A DNA stretch of 64,000 nucleotides from Gammaproteobacteria bacterium (GTDB taxonomy: Bacteria; Pseudomonadota; Gammaproteobacteria; Pseudomonadales; PIVM01): positions 31,811 to 95,810 of the forward strand of contig PIVM01000001.1 of NCBI GenBank assembly GCA_003353945.1, written 5' to 3'. This document shows positions 9,339 through 20,033 of the stretch, piece after piece. Both the position numbers and the translations under genes were made by a program. The stretch's first letter is position 1. Each line of letters opens with the position of its first letter. The notes beneath the pieces were generated by a model. The model was not told where the DNA came from, searched no databases, and saw nothing but the letters and a program-made list of their open reading frames with translations.

Positions 9339-9352
9339 TTCAATATGTTACA
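9339..9352. promoter_or_regulatory. KstR-like TetR operator candidate upstream of the manT-like operon
   Basis: TTCAATATGTTACA matches TNNAACNNGTTNNA at 7 of 8 fixed positions; second TGTTACA half-site at 9320-9326. Confidence 0.35.
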
Positions 9353-9576
9353 CTTATTCTCGCTTTCTGCAGACCGATGGAAAATGATTCCATTAAATCA
9401 TCAGTAGCAGTTCCCGTTAATGCAGCGGCATATCCACGTAAATCACAGCGCCTGACACCCTTCATTCAGGGTGAAAAATGCGCAGATTCTACTCGGATAT
9501 GCAAAAAAAATCCAGCGCCTATACGAGCGTATCGCCAATGGCCCTAATGACGGTTTCGTCATAATCAGTTTCCCGG

Positions 9577-9677
9577 CCGCCTTTCTCACAAAGTAACGAT
9601 TTGAGAAAGGGCTCCGCCTAAGAGCCTGTGCGAGAATAGAAAACCTACTGCGGAAAACCCATTTCAGCCAGACTCCT
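9577..9677. repeat. Degenerate MITE-like relics
   Basis: CCTTTCTCA...TGAGAAAGG hairpin, then CTAAGAGCCTGTGCGAGAATAG (19/22 to the reverse complement of 56979-57000) and a partner end ATTTCAGCCAGACTCCT. Confidence 0.5.
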
Positions 9678-9782
9678 CAGACAAACAAGAATGGATCTTC
9701 GAAGAGTGATCGTTTTTTATCAAACCTGTAAAAATAAGGGCGCGCAGAAGCCACACCCCATTGTTTTCCCTTCACATCTGCG

Positions 9783-9893
9783 TTACTGCCAATCATCAAA
9801 AAAATGATATCCAGCAAGGATGGATAATGAAGCACATAGCACACTTATAGCCAATCTTGTTTTTGTTAAAAAATAGTTTTTATTTTCCTTCAT
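9783..9893 (-). CDS. Possible 36-aa small membrane peptide or gene remnant
   Basis: AGAGGA RBS, ATG at 9893; MKENKNYFLTKTRLAISVLCASLSILAGYHFFDDWQ has a basic N-terminus and a hydrophobic stretch. Confidence 0.25.
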   Translation of the reverse strand: MKENKNYFLTKTRLAISVLCASLSILAGYHFFDDWQ

Positions 9894-9994
9894 GAATTGC
9901 ATCCTCTGATGATTAAGCAGCTTACAGATGATATGTAATGATCGATGCTTGAAAGATCAAGCCTCTCTGCTTTGCCCACTCATCACACGGAGAA

Positions 9995-10870
9995 TCAACT
10001 ATCGCCTTGTTCCTTATACAGTTTCAACATCTGCCGCAATGCCTCACGCCAGTGCAGAGGCTCCACACTTGTCTGCTGATAACTCTGTGTTTTATCCATC
10101 ACACTGTACGCAGGTCGAGTTGCCGGTGTCGGGTACTCTGCACCTGGAATCGGAAAAATCTTACAGGAAGACGGTATCACGTCTAAGGCAGCAGCCTCCT
10201 CCTGAATGGCAATCGCAAAATCATACCAACTAGCAACACCGGTATCTGACCAGTGATACACGCCTTTTAGATCAGGCTGTTGCGCGCAATCCCAGATAAA
10301 ACGCGCCAAACCGGCTGCCCATGTCGGTGTGCCGATTTGATCATCCACCACGCTAAGTTGCTCACGCTCTGCCATCAGTTTAAGCATGGTTTTGACAAAG
10401 TTCGCACAAAAGTGCGAATACAGCCAGGACGTGCGGATAATCAAGGCATCAGGATGCGCAACCAACGCCTGTTGCTCACCAGCCAACTTACTCGCCCCAT
10501 AAACGCTGACAGGGCTGGGCGTATCAGTCACGGAGTAAGGAGTACTTTTTTTGCCATCAAAAACAAAATCCGTGGAGATTTGAATAAACCTTGCCCCTTG
10601 TTGACTAGCAGCTTGGGCCAAATTCGCCGCGCCTGATGCATTCACTGCATAGGCTAACGCTTCCTCAGTTTCAGCCTGGTCGACTGCGGTGTATGCTGCA
10701 GCATTAATCACTACATCAATTTGCAATCTAGCGAGATATTCACTCACCACTTCTGCTTTGGTAATATCGATATGCCGCTTATCCACCTCGGACAGCGTGA
10801 TATTGCCAGGGCAGCTGCAATGCAACTCCCGGCCCAACTGGCCATCACAACCAACGATCAACACATGCAT
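9995..10870 (-). CDS. rfbD: dTDP-4-dehydrorhamnose reductase
   Basis: GCDGQLG, NAAAYTAVDQAE, ISTDFVFDG, YGASKLAGE, DQIGTPT, YPTPATRPAYS. Confidence 0.95.
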   Translation of the reverse strand: MHVLIVGCDGQLGRELHCSCPGNITLSEVDKRHIDITKAEVVSEYLARLQIDVVINAAAYTAVDQAETEEALAYAVNASGAANLAQAASQQGARFIQISTDFVFDGKKSTPYSVTDTPSPVSVYGASKLAGEQQALVAHPDALIIRTSWLYSHFCANFVKTMLKLMAEREQLSVVDDQIGTPTWAAGLARFIWDCAQQPDLKGVYHWSDTGVASWYDFAIAIQEEAAALDVIPSSCKIFPIPGAEYPTPATRPAYSVMDKTQSYQQTSVEPLHWREALRQMLKLYKEQGDS

Positions 10871-11040
10871 GTTATTCCTCCTTCAACGGTCAACGCGGGC
10901 AAATGATAGGCACTGTTCTATTCGAATACAAGAAACAACTGCCATCGCCTCAATTCGATCATTAACATACAGTTCTTTGTATCTCAGGGCCTATCCTCGT
11001 TATAATCGTCCATTCACACCATACTAATGAACCACATTCT

Positions 11041-11952
11041 ATGACAATAGAGCATCTATCGCCAAAGTACTGGCTCACTTGGATAGGTCTGGGCCTGCTG
11101 TGGCTTACTGCCCAGCTACCACTTGCCGTGCAATTCCAATTCGGCAAGGCATTGGGTCTATTACTCTATTATCTAGCTCGAGAACGTCGCCACATAACGG
11201 ACGTCAATCTCAGGTTGTGCTTTCCTCAATTGAATGAGGATCAACACAAAGAACTTTGTAAAAAAACCTTTATCGAAAATGGCACTGGCATTTTTGAAAC
11301 GGCCTTTAGCTGGTGGGCCAGTGACCAAAGGGTAAAACCTCTGGTTGAAATGCGGGGACTGGAATTAGTCGAACAGGCACAGCAGCAAGGAAAAGGCGTG
11401 TTACTGCTGGGGGCACACTTTACTACTCTCGATCTGGCCGGTCGTCTGCTAAGTTACTTTCTTGACTTTGATGTCACGTATCGGAAACATAACAACCCGG
11501 TCATGAATCATTTTATTCTTAGCTCTCGCAAAAAACGTTTTAAAAATGTTATCGAACGTAAAGAGATGCGCCGCGCCTTCAGGAGCCTAAAGCAAAACCA
11601 TGTTGTCTGGTATGCCGGTGATCAGGATTACGGCCGCAAGCACGCTGTGTTTGTACCGTTCTTTGGTACGCCTGCCGCCACCATTACTGCTACTAGCCGC
11701 CTTTCCTCTTTTAACCATTCGCCGGTATTGCTAAGCCGTTACTATCGCAAAGCTGACAATAGCGGCTATGTTTTTGAGATCACGGCTCCCTTTGATTCCA
11801 TTCCCAGCGGAGATGATATTGTTGATGCGCGCATTATCAATCAAGCATTAGAAACGGCTATCAGTAAACACCCCGCACAATACATGTGGGTACACCGGCG
11901 TTTTAAAACACGCCCGGATGGCGATAAACACTTTTACAGCAAACACCGCTAA
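11041..11952 (+). CDS. lpxL: Kdo2-lipid IVA lauroyl/late acyltransferase
   Basis: PKYWLTWIG, HFTTLD (HxxxxD), YAGDQD, QYMWVHRRFKTRP. Confidence 0.9.
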   Translation: MTIEHLSPKYWLTWIGLGLLWLTAQLPLAVQFQFGKALGLLLYYLARERRHITDVNLRLCFPQLNEDQHKELCKKTFIENGTGIFETAFSWWASDQRVKPLVEMRGLELVEQAQQQGKGVLLLGAHFTTLDLAGRLLSYFLDFDVTYRKHNNPVMNHFILSSRKKRFKNVIERKEMRRAFRSLKQNHVVWYAGDQDYGRKHAVFVPFFGTPAATITATSRLSSFNHSPVLLSRYYRKADNSGYVFEITAPFDSIPSGDDIVDARIINQALETAISKHPAQYMWVHRRFKTRPDGDKHFYSKHR

Positions 11953-11958
11953 CGATCC

Positions 11959-14058
11959 TTAGTTTACTGATTTATTATTGTTGTACATCATATAGGTCGC
12001 CGTATGATAGAGGCCTAGCAGCAACTCTTTCATTGCCGCCGCTTTTTCAGGATATTGCTTCTGAACATCCTCTTTCACATTATCACTGCCCAGCTTATGC
12101 AAACTTGAACGCTCGCCATCGTACAACATCTGAAGATAAAACTGCTTGCCCCTCAGACCTATGGTCGGCCGATTACGTCGATCACCGCCATGCACGATCA
12201 CATAGGATTCAGCTTCATCGACAGCGTAGATATTTCGACCCAAGGTCGTGTTTTGATAAGGTAATCCCGCTAAAAAAGCAGTACTCGGCAGCATATCCAC
12301 CAAACTCATTGGCGTTTCAATAACACGATTTTCTCGCAATATTGTCGGCGCATAAATTATAAAAGGCACGTGATGTTTAAACAGATTCAGTTGATCGTCT
12401 TCTTTCAGATGGGGTGATGGTTTGCTTTTATCATTGTGATCTCCGTAGAGAAGAAACAAGGTATTATCAGCATAGTCAGACTGTTTCACCAACTCCTGAA
12501 AATAAAAATTTACATTAAAATCCAGCAGTCGAATCGCATTAAACTGGTCTGCACTTAGAAAACCGTTACGCTCCGCTTCTTCTGATGATACATCTACTTT
12601 TTCAAAACCACTATCATCATCTGGAATGGTAAACGGCCTGTGGTTGGCGGCAGTTTGAATCACAGCAAAAAAAGGTTTGCTGCGATCGCGCTGCATTAAC
12701 AGTTCGTGTGATTCGATAAACAGATTACGATCCGATATGCCCCATACATCCACATTTTCGCTCTTCCAGTTACCTTCCTCAAAAAGATGCAGGCCCTCAA
12801 TATTGTTTACTAATACCGCTCTAATATTGGCCCAATTTGCACTGCCGCCCAGAAAATAAAACTTTTCATAATTATCTAGCGAGCCGACTACCGTTTGTTG
12901 ATCAACAAAGCGTGGATTTCTCGATGCAGTCGTCTGACCAAATGACACATCAGGTATTCCTGTCATCTTGCCAAATACAGTTCTTGCAGTACCACTGGAC
13001 GGCACAAAAAAATGGGGGAAAAAATGGGATTTTCTTGCTAAAGCGTCCAGATTCGGTGTTGGATTGAGTGAATTGCCAAACACACCTAAACGGTTAGCAC
13101 CCAGTGACTCCAACATGATCAGCACAATATTAGGCGGCTTGTCCATTGGATGAACAAGATCCGCTGGCGCTGGCTCATTTAGTTCACGCAAATAATCCGG
13201 TTCAGTACGACTCGCTGAGTCAACAGATTCCAATCCCAAATACTTTCTAATCATCGGATAAGTGCTTTTTACAATTTCCTCATCATAGGCATGACCGCGA
13301 TTATCATAAGTATCAACAAAAAAAAGCACTGGATTAAGTGCTACGGCAGCAACAGCGATATCATTGGCAAAATAGGCTTCACTCCAGCGCAAAACGGTGA
13401 CCGACTCAAGACGAATACCATCTATCTTACCAATCAAACCGTACAAAACAGCAATTGAAGCCAACACGATGCCAACAGCTTTTTGTGCCTTTAAAACAAC
13501 CACTGCAGGCTTTTCAATAAGTCGAAATATGCGAGCAAAGAGCCTCCCACACAGAATAAATAACGCGGCTACAAACAAAGCCTGCCAGATAACGGGATAG
13601 CTTTCCCAGACCATCTGTAATGAAATTAATGGTGTTTCAGCAAAACGCAAAATAGAGGCATCAACTCTCTCCCCAAGATAGGCGTAATAGCCAAAATCAA
13701 TCATATAGAAGATTGTCACCAGCACAGTCACAAGACTAAGATACAACTGCACGACAGACGCGGTTACTTTCGATCTAACAAAACTAAACTTGGGCAATGC
13801 CGCACAGAAAAAGGCGGGGAACAGAACAATAAGTGCTAGCCTGAGATCAAACTTTACTCCCAAATAAAAGGCGTGCACCAACTCATCAACTTTATAATCA
13901 CTGTCAAAGCCGTAAAAATGGATAAAAAATAAGGAACGCCACAGGACAAAATACACAAAAAAGATGGCCACCAGCATGGCAAACAACTGGATACGGCGTG
14001 ACTTCAGATAAAGCATATTGATTCTCACAAAATAGCCAACAGAGTTACCATTCCCCAT
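11959..14058 (-). CDS. LTA synthase family / membrane-anchored sulfatase-fold phosphotransferase
   Basis: N-terminal TM helices; PPNIVLIMLESLG, TPNLD, GTART, ANHRPF, YGDH. Confidence 0.85.
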   Translation of the reverse strand: MGNGNSVGYFVRINMLYLKSRRIQLFAMLVAIFFVYFVLWRSLFFIHFYGFDSDYKVDELVHAFYLGVKFDLRLALIVLFPAFFCAALPKFSFVRSKVTASVVQLYLSLVTVLVTIFYMIDFGYYAYLGERVDASILRFAETPLISLQMVWESYPVIWQALFVAALFILCGRLFARIFRLIEKPAVVVLKAQKAVGIVLASIAVLYGLIGKIDGIRLESVTVLRWSEAYFANDIAVAAVALNPVLFFVDTYDNRGHAYDEEIVKSTYPMIRKYLGLESVDSASRTEPDYLRELNEPAPADLVHPMDKPPNIVLIMLESLGANRLGVFGNSLNPTPNLDALARKSHFFPHFFVPSSGTARTVFGKMTGIPDVSFGQTTASRNPRFVDQQTVVGSLDNYEKFYFLGGSANWANIRAVLVNNIEGLHLFEEGNWKSENVDVWGISDRNLFIESHELLMQRDRSKPFFAVIQTAANHRPFTIPDDDSGFEKVDVSSEEAERNGFLSADQFNAIRLLDFNVNFYFQELVKQSDYADNTLFLLYGDHNDKSKPSPHLKEDDQLNLFKHHVPFIIYAPTILRENRVIETPMSLVDMLPSTAFLAGLPYQNTTLGRNIYAVDEAESYVIVHGGDRRNRPTIGLRGKQFYLQMLYDGERSSLHKLGSDNVKEDVQKQYPEKAAAMKELLLGLYHTATYMMYNNNKSVN

Positions 14059-14161
14059 AAGCGGCTAAAGCTAAAAATTTAATGGTCGATATTATAATCG
14101 ATCCACCTCCTCTAACCTACCATATCTGCGCTGCAGGGCTGGGCAACATCGCTCACATACC

Positions 14162-14458
14162 TTACAACTGTATCTTGATTTCAGCGCCTATTGTGATATG
14201 GCTATCGGCGTTGCGCTGTTTGTTTATATAAAACTGCCCGTGAACTTTAACTCTCCCTGCTAGCCATTGTACATTCGAACCTTTTGGCGACAATGGCATA
14301 TTACACTTAGCGGCGACATCTAGCATGGAACAGGCTGGACCTTTGTCATATGGGGTGCAATGCGCGGCATCGCCTTTGCCAAAGGGCCAAGTAAATTGAA
14401 TCACCTGTCCGATCACTTTCAATTTTATCAACATAGCCAGGGTTCGCTTCCGTGCCAA
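14162..14458 (-). CDS. Hypothetical protein
   Basis: 98-aa ORF with GGAGAGG upstream; no recognised motif. Confidence 0.3.
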   Translation of the reverse strand: MARKRTLAMLIKLKVIGQVIQFTWPFGKGDAAHCTPYDKGPACSMLDVAAKCNMPLSPKGSNVQWLAGRVKVHGQFYINKQRNADSHITIGAEIKIQL

Positions 14459-15077
14459 TCACCTCTCCGAGCAAGCGCGACTGTAGTATTGCTTGTCTGG
14501 GCGGTATGGAATATTAATAGCGTTCGTGAATTTATTTATTATAATTTTTATTCTGCCTATGAATCCAAAAAACTGATTCTATTCCATTCCGGTTTTCACT
14601 CTGCTATTGATCACCAGCACCACATCTCTCAACTACTGGGTTAATCCACTGCTGCAATTTCGCTTTTCAACCGATAGAGTGCCTTATCGGCAATAACCGC
14701 CATCTTAATCCCGGTAGAGGAGAGGTTAATTTCCTACATTATTTGACCGCACTAGCGCCTAAACTGCATAAGAATTTTCAACAGAATATCGAACCTCTAC
14801 TTAATAAATACAGTGATATTACCTTTATCTTTTTTTACCCACCCTACTCTATTCTCGCCTGGCAGGATATCACCAATCGAGATTTACTCGATGACTCCCC
14901 TAAACAATAGCGAGATTATCCATAACCTGAAAAACGATAAAGACTTTACTCACTACTCAAACAAAAATAGTCGGCTGATGGTGGATGATATAGTCGTTGA
15001 AAAATCGCGGGTGCGCAATGTCACAACCAATGTGACGAGCGACGAAGTCTTTGATTGATCTAAGGAAATATTTTGCC

Positions 15078-16607
15078 TTAGTAAACTTGGAATATAATCA
15101 CTTTGTCGTTTTTACTATTGCTTATTTCCTTCAGTATGTCCGCATTTTTTAACAAAATTGTTTTTCTTGCTGAATCAATATCGTCGGCTTTGAAATGCAA
15201 AGCGTAGATATGTCCCGGCAACCATTTAGAAGCCAGAATCTCTTTATTTGACTTGGCAACTCCTCTGCTTCGCAAAGCATAAGCTTGACTAAAATAAGCA
15301 ATATTGGGCCTATTGGTTATCAGTGGCGTATTCGCCATCTCACCGTTTTTAATCCACTGAGCCGCCTCAATAATATGATTTTTTTTATAACTTGAACTAA
15401 CAACTGTGTCGAGCACATAACCGGCGCTAATCAGGTAAAACAACAACCAAACCACAGCGCTTTGCCTGAAACAGGTCAGTATTTTGTCAACACAAAAAGG
15501 TAGAAAAAGCAAACCCAGCACTACCAACGGAAAGCAATATCTTTCCAGCATAAATCCCCAGGAAAGCACAAACACAATCAAATAGGAAAAAACCGTTGCC
15601 AGACACAATAGAATCAATCTGCCGCTAAAGGTATCTATTGGCAACGTCACTCTCTTAACAAAAGTAAACAGCAATAGTAAAAAATAGATTGGGGTAAACG
15701 CCCTGATACAATTAACGAGCAGCAGCGTAAATAGCGCTGCATAAACCGCATATGGCGCATCCTCTACAGCGGTGTGCTTGATCAGTTCCCCCGACAACAC
15801 CTCAGCCGCCTTGCGCATCTGCTGCTGTAAATTGCTGAAAGCTTGAAAATAATTTGCTGTGTCAATAACCGGTTTAGCCTTTTCCACCAATACCGGATCA
15901 AACAGGCGCATAATAAACGCCACCACCACTGCCACCAGTACAAGCAGACTAAGAAATTTCGCTGCAACCTTTATTCGTTCCTTGACTACGCCCCTGCCAA
16001 AGAGCAATAAGCCCATGGGTGTGACAAGTGCGACAATCACCATCTCTGGTCGTGATAAAAACGCTAAGGTCACATAAGCTAACCATCTTAACTGAGATGT
16101 GAATGTCGGGATTTTATTGTAACGAATCAACTCCAACACACTTAGCAGCATAAACCCCAGAAAACCGGGATCTCTGACAATACTGGCTCGATAATCAGCA
16201 ATCAAAGGATGAAAAAGAATGATCAACAGGGCAATCAATTGTGCGCGTCTGCTACCGCCCATCTCCTCTACAATTTTAACAAATGCATAACTGACCAACA
16301 AAAAACACAGTGAGGTGATGATAGAACCCGCATAGTGTAGCGGGATTGCCGTAAGCTGGTGTAATAAAGCAATAACTATTGAATAAAACGGCCAAAAATA
16401 GCTGGCCATGACCTGAGAAAAATCCTGTTCAAGAAAACTTCTGGCGGTTAAAAGATAGAGAATACCATCCTTGTTAATCGTCGGATGTGAAGCAATAATC
16501 CACCCGGATAATAGCAAACTTGCCAACGCAATCACTTCGACGCGAAGAGCATCTCGCCGGTATAATATTGCACTGCTTGTGAGACGATCAAACAGATTGT
16601 TTTCCAC
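15078..16607 (-). CDS. GT-C-fold (GT39/ArnT/PMT-like) polytopic membrane glycosyltransferase
   Basis: Many TM segments; first loop INKDGILYLLTA...FWPFYS; IVRDPGF, LSRPE, ERY motifs. Confidence 0.7.
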   Translation of the reverse strand: MENNLFDRLTSSAILYRRDALRVEVIALASLLLSGWIIASHPTINKDGILYLLTARSFLEQDFSQVMASYFWPFYSIVIALLHQLTAIPLHYAGSIITSLCFLLVSYAFVKIVEEMGGSRRAQLIALLIILFHPLIADYRASIVRDPGFLGFMLLSVLELIRYNKIPTFTSQLRWLAYVTLAFLSRPEMVIVALVTPMGLLLFGRGVVKERIKVAAKFLSLLVLVAVVVAFIMRLFDPVLVEKAKPVIDTANYFQAFSNLQQQMRKAAEVLSGELIKHTAVEDAPYAVYAALFTLLLVNCIRAFTPIYFLLLLFTFVKRVTLPIDTFSGRLILLCLATVFSYLIVFVLSWGFMLERYCFPLVVLGLLFLPFCVDKILTCFRQSAVVWLLFYLISAGYVLDTVVSSSYKKNHIIEAAQWIKNGEMANTPLITNRPNIAYFSQAYALRSRGVAKSNKEILASKWLPGHIYALHFKADDIDSARKTILLKNADILKEISNSKNDKVIIFQVY

Positions 16608-17199
16608 TTTTTCTCCGATGATATTTTCGCAAACTTTCTAAATCAAAGAACAGTTTAGTTACAGTTTTACGCAGTGCGCAGATGATTTTGTCTAAGTGCC
16701 TAACCAAGAACAGAAACCTTAACCGTGTCAAAGCCGCTTAAATAGCAGACAATATTCCTGCTCTCATCCGTAGCAGCACGAAAAATATCATTCAATAACG
16801 ACTGATCACCGATTCTACTTCTTTAGAATAGGTAATAGTGATTTAATCCAATAGGCTTTCGTAGAAAATGCGGGTTTAAATTTGCTGATATACGGGCAAA
16901 TCAAATACGCCAATACCTCTACGGGCCACACATTATACACATCATTTTCATCAATTAATCATCTCTCCACGGCGAATCAACGCCAAATCAAGCACCAGAA
17001 AACATCAGGGTTACTGGGTATCGTCCCGTATAATAAAAACAACAAGTTAGCGTTATGGCCTCGGAAAATTTATTTTTCTCTGCGGCCCTTAGCATAGATT
17101 CGCCCTGATCAACTCTCAGCCATTGTTTACAGCTGAGTTAGATTTAGGCACTATGCCCACAGTACAATTCCATTTTCAATCTACCTCATTGACCCTGCC

Positions 17200-18204
17200 A
17201 TGCCCAAACTACTTTTTATTACTAAAAATCTCAATGGCGCCTCAACTCGCTATCGTGCGCTTGGCTATGCTGATCAGTTAAGGAATTCCGGCTGGACTGT
17301 CTCACAGTGGTCATCAAAGGGCGGATTGAGGACACTGCCGTGGCTGATAAAGGCAACGCTTCAGTCAGATGTTGTTATGATTCAACGAAAACTGCTCTCT
17401 CCGCCCATTCTTTGTCTTGTCAGGGCACTAAATACAAATCTCATCTACGATTTTGATGATGCCGTTTTTCTCAAAGACAATGGCAGCAAATCAAAACATC
17501 GCTATAAGCTATTCCGCAAAGTGACTCAAAGCGCTCGCATGATTTTTGCTGGCAATCAATATTTGGCTGACCAGGCTCGTTTATTTAATCCTCAAGTCAC
17601 CGTGTTACCGACGACAGTCAACATCAATAAATACGAAGAAGCGCATAACACCAACAGTTCAGAGACAAATACTATTGACTTGGTTTGGATAGGCAGCAGC
17701 TCTACTCGCAAATACCTGGAAGATATAACACCCATACTGGAAAAACTGGGTCAGCAATATCCTCAATTGCGCTTGAAAATCATCGCAGATTTTGATCTGC
17801 CTCTTAAACATCTGGTGACGATCCCGATTGAATGGAGTGAAAAATGTGAGGCTCATGAACTCGCCTCATCTTGTATTGGTATCGCACCAATGACAGAAAA
17901 CCCGTGGACAAAGGGTAAATGCGCGTTAAAAATCATCCAATATATGGCGGCCGGTTTGCCCGTTGTTTCATCTTGTACTGGCGCAAACAAAGAAGTTGTG
18001 GTCGATGAAGAAACAGGATTTCTAGTCAACACCGAAAATGAATGGATTTCCGCCATTGGCCGTTTAATTAATGATAAGCCATTACGACAAGCCATGGCGA
18101 GTAAAGGATTTGAACGCGCAAAAAATAATTACTCCCAGGAATATGGAGTTAACGTCATGTTAGAAATCCTGAATCATCTATTCAACAGTCACCGATTTCG
18201 CTAA
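17200..18204 (+). CDS. GT4 glycosyltransferase
   Basis: [40 protein letters not shown]. Confidence 0.9.
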   Translation: MPKLLFITKNLNGASTRYRALGYADQLRNSGWTVSQWSSKGGLRTLPWLIKATLQSDVVMIQRKLLSPPILCLVRALNTNLIYDFDDAVFLKDNGSKSKHRYKLFRKVTQSARMIFAGNQYLADQARLFNPQVTVLPTTVNINKYEEAHNTNSSETNTIDLVWIGSSSTRKYLEDITPILEKLGQQYPQLRLKIIADFDLPLKHLVTIPIEWSEKCEAHELASSCIGIAPMTENPWTKGKCALKIIQYMAAGLPVVSSCTGANKEVVVDEETGFLVNTENEWISAIGRLINDKPLRQAMASKGFERAKNNYSQEYGVNVMLEILNHLFNSHRFR

Positions 18205-20010
18205 ATTTCTCGGTTGATCTACATCGGTGCCCTTTAAGACTGCTACGTGATAGGACAGCAACTGCAATGGCAGTGTATAAATGATAGGGGCAATCACGTC
18301 AGCAACGTGAGGTACGTTGATCACGGTAACGCCTGTTTCATCGACAAAACCTGAATCCTTATCCGCAAAAACAAAGAGCTGACCACCTCTGGCCTGAACT
18401 TCCTCTAAATTGGATTTCAGTTTTTCAAGTAGCTCATCATTAGGCGCTACGGCTACGACAGGCATGTCATCATCGACGAGAGCCAGGGGACCGTGTTTTA
18501 ATTCGCCGGCAGGATAGGATTCCGCGTGAATATACGATATTTCTTTTAACTTCAGAGCGCCCTCCATTGCTACCGGGTACTGCACACCACGGCCAAGAAA
18601 CAGGGCATGGTGTTTATCTGCGAATTGCTCTGCGACCTGGTAGATGGATCGGTCCAAATCCAAAGTTTCTTGCATTAATTGAGGTAATGTATGCAACGCT
18701 TCAACAATGTCTTTTTCAAGCCCGTCTTCCATGCCGTGGCGTCGCCCAATTGCAACGGTTAGCAATAACAGGGCGACAAGCTGTGTTGTAAATGCTTTAG
18801 TTGAGGCTACCCCAATCTCAGGCCCAGCATTAGTCATTAAGGCAAGATCAGATTCTCTTACCAGTGAGCTTTGAGCCACATTGCAAATGGTCATTGTTGC
18901 CGCATAACCTAATTGTTTTGCCATGCGTAATGCCGCTAGGGTATCAGCTGTTTCACCGGATTGCGAAATCGTCACCAGGAGTTTGTTTTTGGGAACGACA
19001 AATTTACGGTATCGAAATTCACTCGCTACTTCCACACGACAGGGTACATTTGCTAGACCTTCAATCCAGTACTTAGCAACTGTTCCTGCATGAAAACTGG
19101 TTCCACAAGCAACAATCTGCACGGATTCTATACGGTCAAAAACGGCTTGAGCGCCTATGCCCATGGTTTCCTCGATTATGCCCGCAGGATTGATTCGACC
19201 GCGTAAGGTGTTTTTTACAACATCTGGCTGTTCATAAATTTCCTTTAGCATAAAATGACGGTATTGTCCTTTGTCTGCAGCCTCAGCGCTTTCTTTAATT
19301 CTCTCTGTCGGTCGCTTAATGCTCTGTCCATTAGCTTCCCATATTTTATAACTATCGGGTGTAATCTCTGCAATATCTCCCTCTTCGAGATAGACAAAAC
19401 GGTCTGTAACCTGTCTTAAAGCCAGTTGATCCGAAGCGAGAAAATTTTCTCCCAAACCAAGACCAAGAACTAATGGACTGCCGCTTCGAGCTGCTATGAT
19501 TTTATCCGGCTCCTTGCGATGTATCACTGCAAGTCCAAATGCCCCTTCCAGTTGGTTAACCGAGTCTTTTACAGCTTGAAGGAGGTTTTCCTTGGTTTTT
19601 AAGTTTTCGTTAATCAGATGAGCAATCACTTCTGTATCGGTTTCGGATAAGAATTCGTAGCCTTTGCCGATAAGGTAATCTCTCAACTCTTCATGGTTTT
19701 CAATAATGCCATTATGAACCAGCGCCAGTTCATTATTGGATAAATGTGGGTGGGCGTTTGCTTGTGACGGTTTTCCATGTGTGGCCCAGCGCGTATGGGC
19801 TATACCCGTGTGACCTAACATAGGTGTACTCTGAACACTTTGTTCAAGGATCTCCACTTTGCCTGCTTGTTTGTTGAATTTAATCTTGTCGCTATTATCA
19901 ATTATGGCGACACCAGCCGAATCATAACCTCTGTACTCAAGGCGTTTTAAGCCTTCCAGCAAAATAGCGGCAACTTCCCGCCTGGCGACTGCTCCAACAA
20001 TTCCACACAT
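18178..20010 (-). CDS. glmS: Glutamine-fructose-6-phosphate aminotransferase
   Basis: MCGIVG (catalytic Cys1), [30 protein letters not shown]. Confidence 0.99.
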   Translation of the reverse strand: MCGIVGAVARREVAAILLEGLKRLEYRGYDSAGVAIIDNSDKIKFNKQAGKVEILEQSVQSTPMLGHTGIAHTRWATHGKPSQANAHPHLSNNELALVHNGIIENHEELRDYLIGKGYEFLSETDTEVIAHLINENLKTKENLLQAVKDSVNQLEGAFGLAVIHRKEPDKIIAARSGSPLVLGLGLGENFLASDQLALRQVTDRFVYLEEGDIAEITPDSYKIWEANGQSIKRPTERIKESAEAADKGQYRHFMLKEIYEQPDVVKNTLRGRINPAGIIEETMGIGAQAVFDRIESVQIVACGTSFHAGTVAKYWIEGLANVPCRVEVASEFRYRKFVVPKNKLLVTISQSGETADTLAALRMAKQLGYAATMTICNVAQSSLVRESDLALMTNAGPEIGVASTKAFTTQLVALLLLTVAIGRRHGMEDGLEKDIVEALHTLPQLMQETLDLDRSIYQVAEQFADKHHALFLGRGVQYPVAMEGALKLKEISYIHAESYPAGELKHGPLALVDDDMPVVAVAPNDELLEKLKSNLEEVQARGGQLFVFADKDSGFVDETGVTVINVPHVADVIAPIIYTLPLQLLSYHVAVLKGTDVDQPRNLAKSVTVE

Positions 20011-20033
20011 AATCAATTCCTTAATTAATCAAT

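Noticed and set aside
14641-14703. Minus-strand peptide ADKALYRLKSE resembling a GGDEF C-terminus
   Set aside because: Only ~11 residues and no GGDEF motif upstream; could be chance
14813-15058. 81-aa plus-strand ORF
   Set aside because: No clear RBS or motif; cannot be supported
16251-16260. ops-like GGCGGTAG
   Set aside because: Inside a CDS, lacks the downstream TG, not in a leader
18100-18180. Tn7 element at attTn7
   Set aside because: No Tn7 ends or tns genes; the site is occupied by an intact GT4
20011-20033. glmS ribozyme or GlmZ-target hairpin
   Set aside because: The glmU-glmS gap is only ~23 nt
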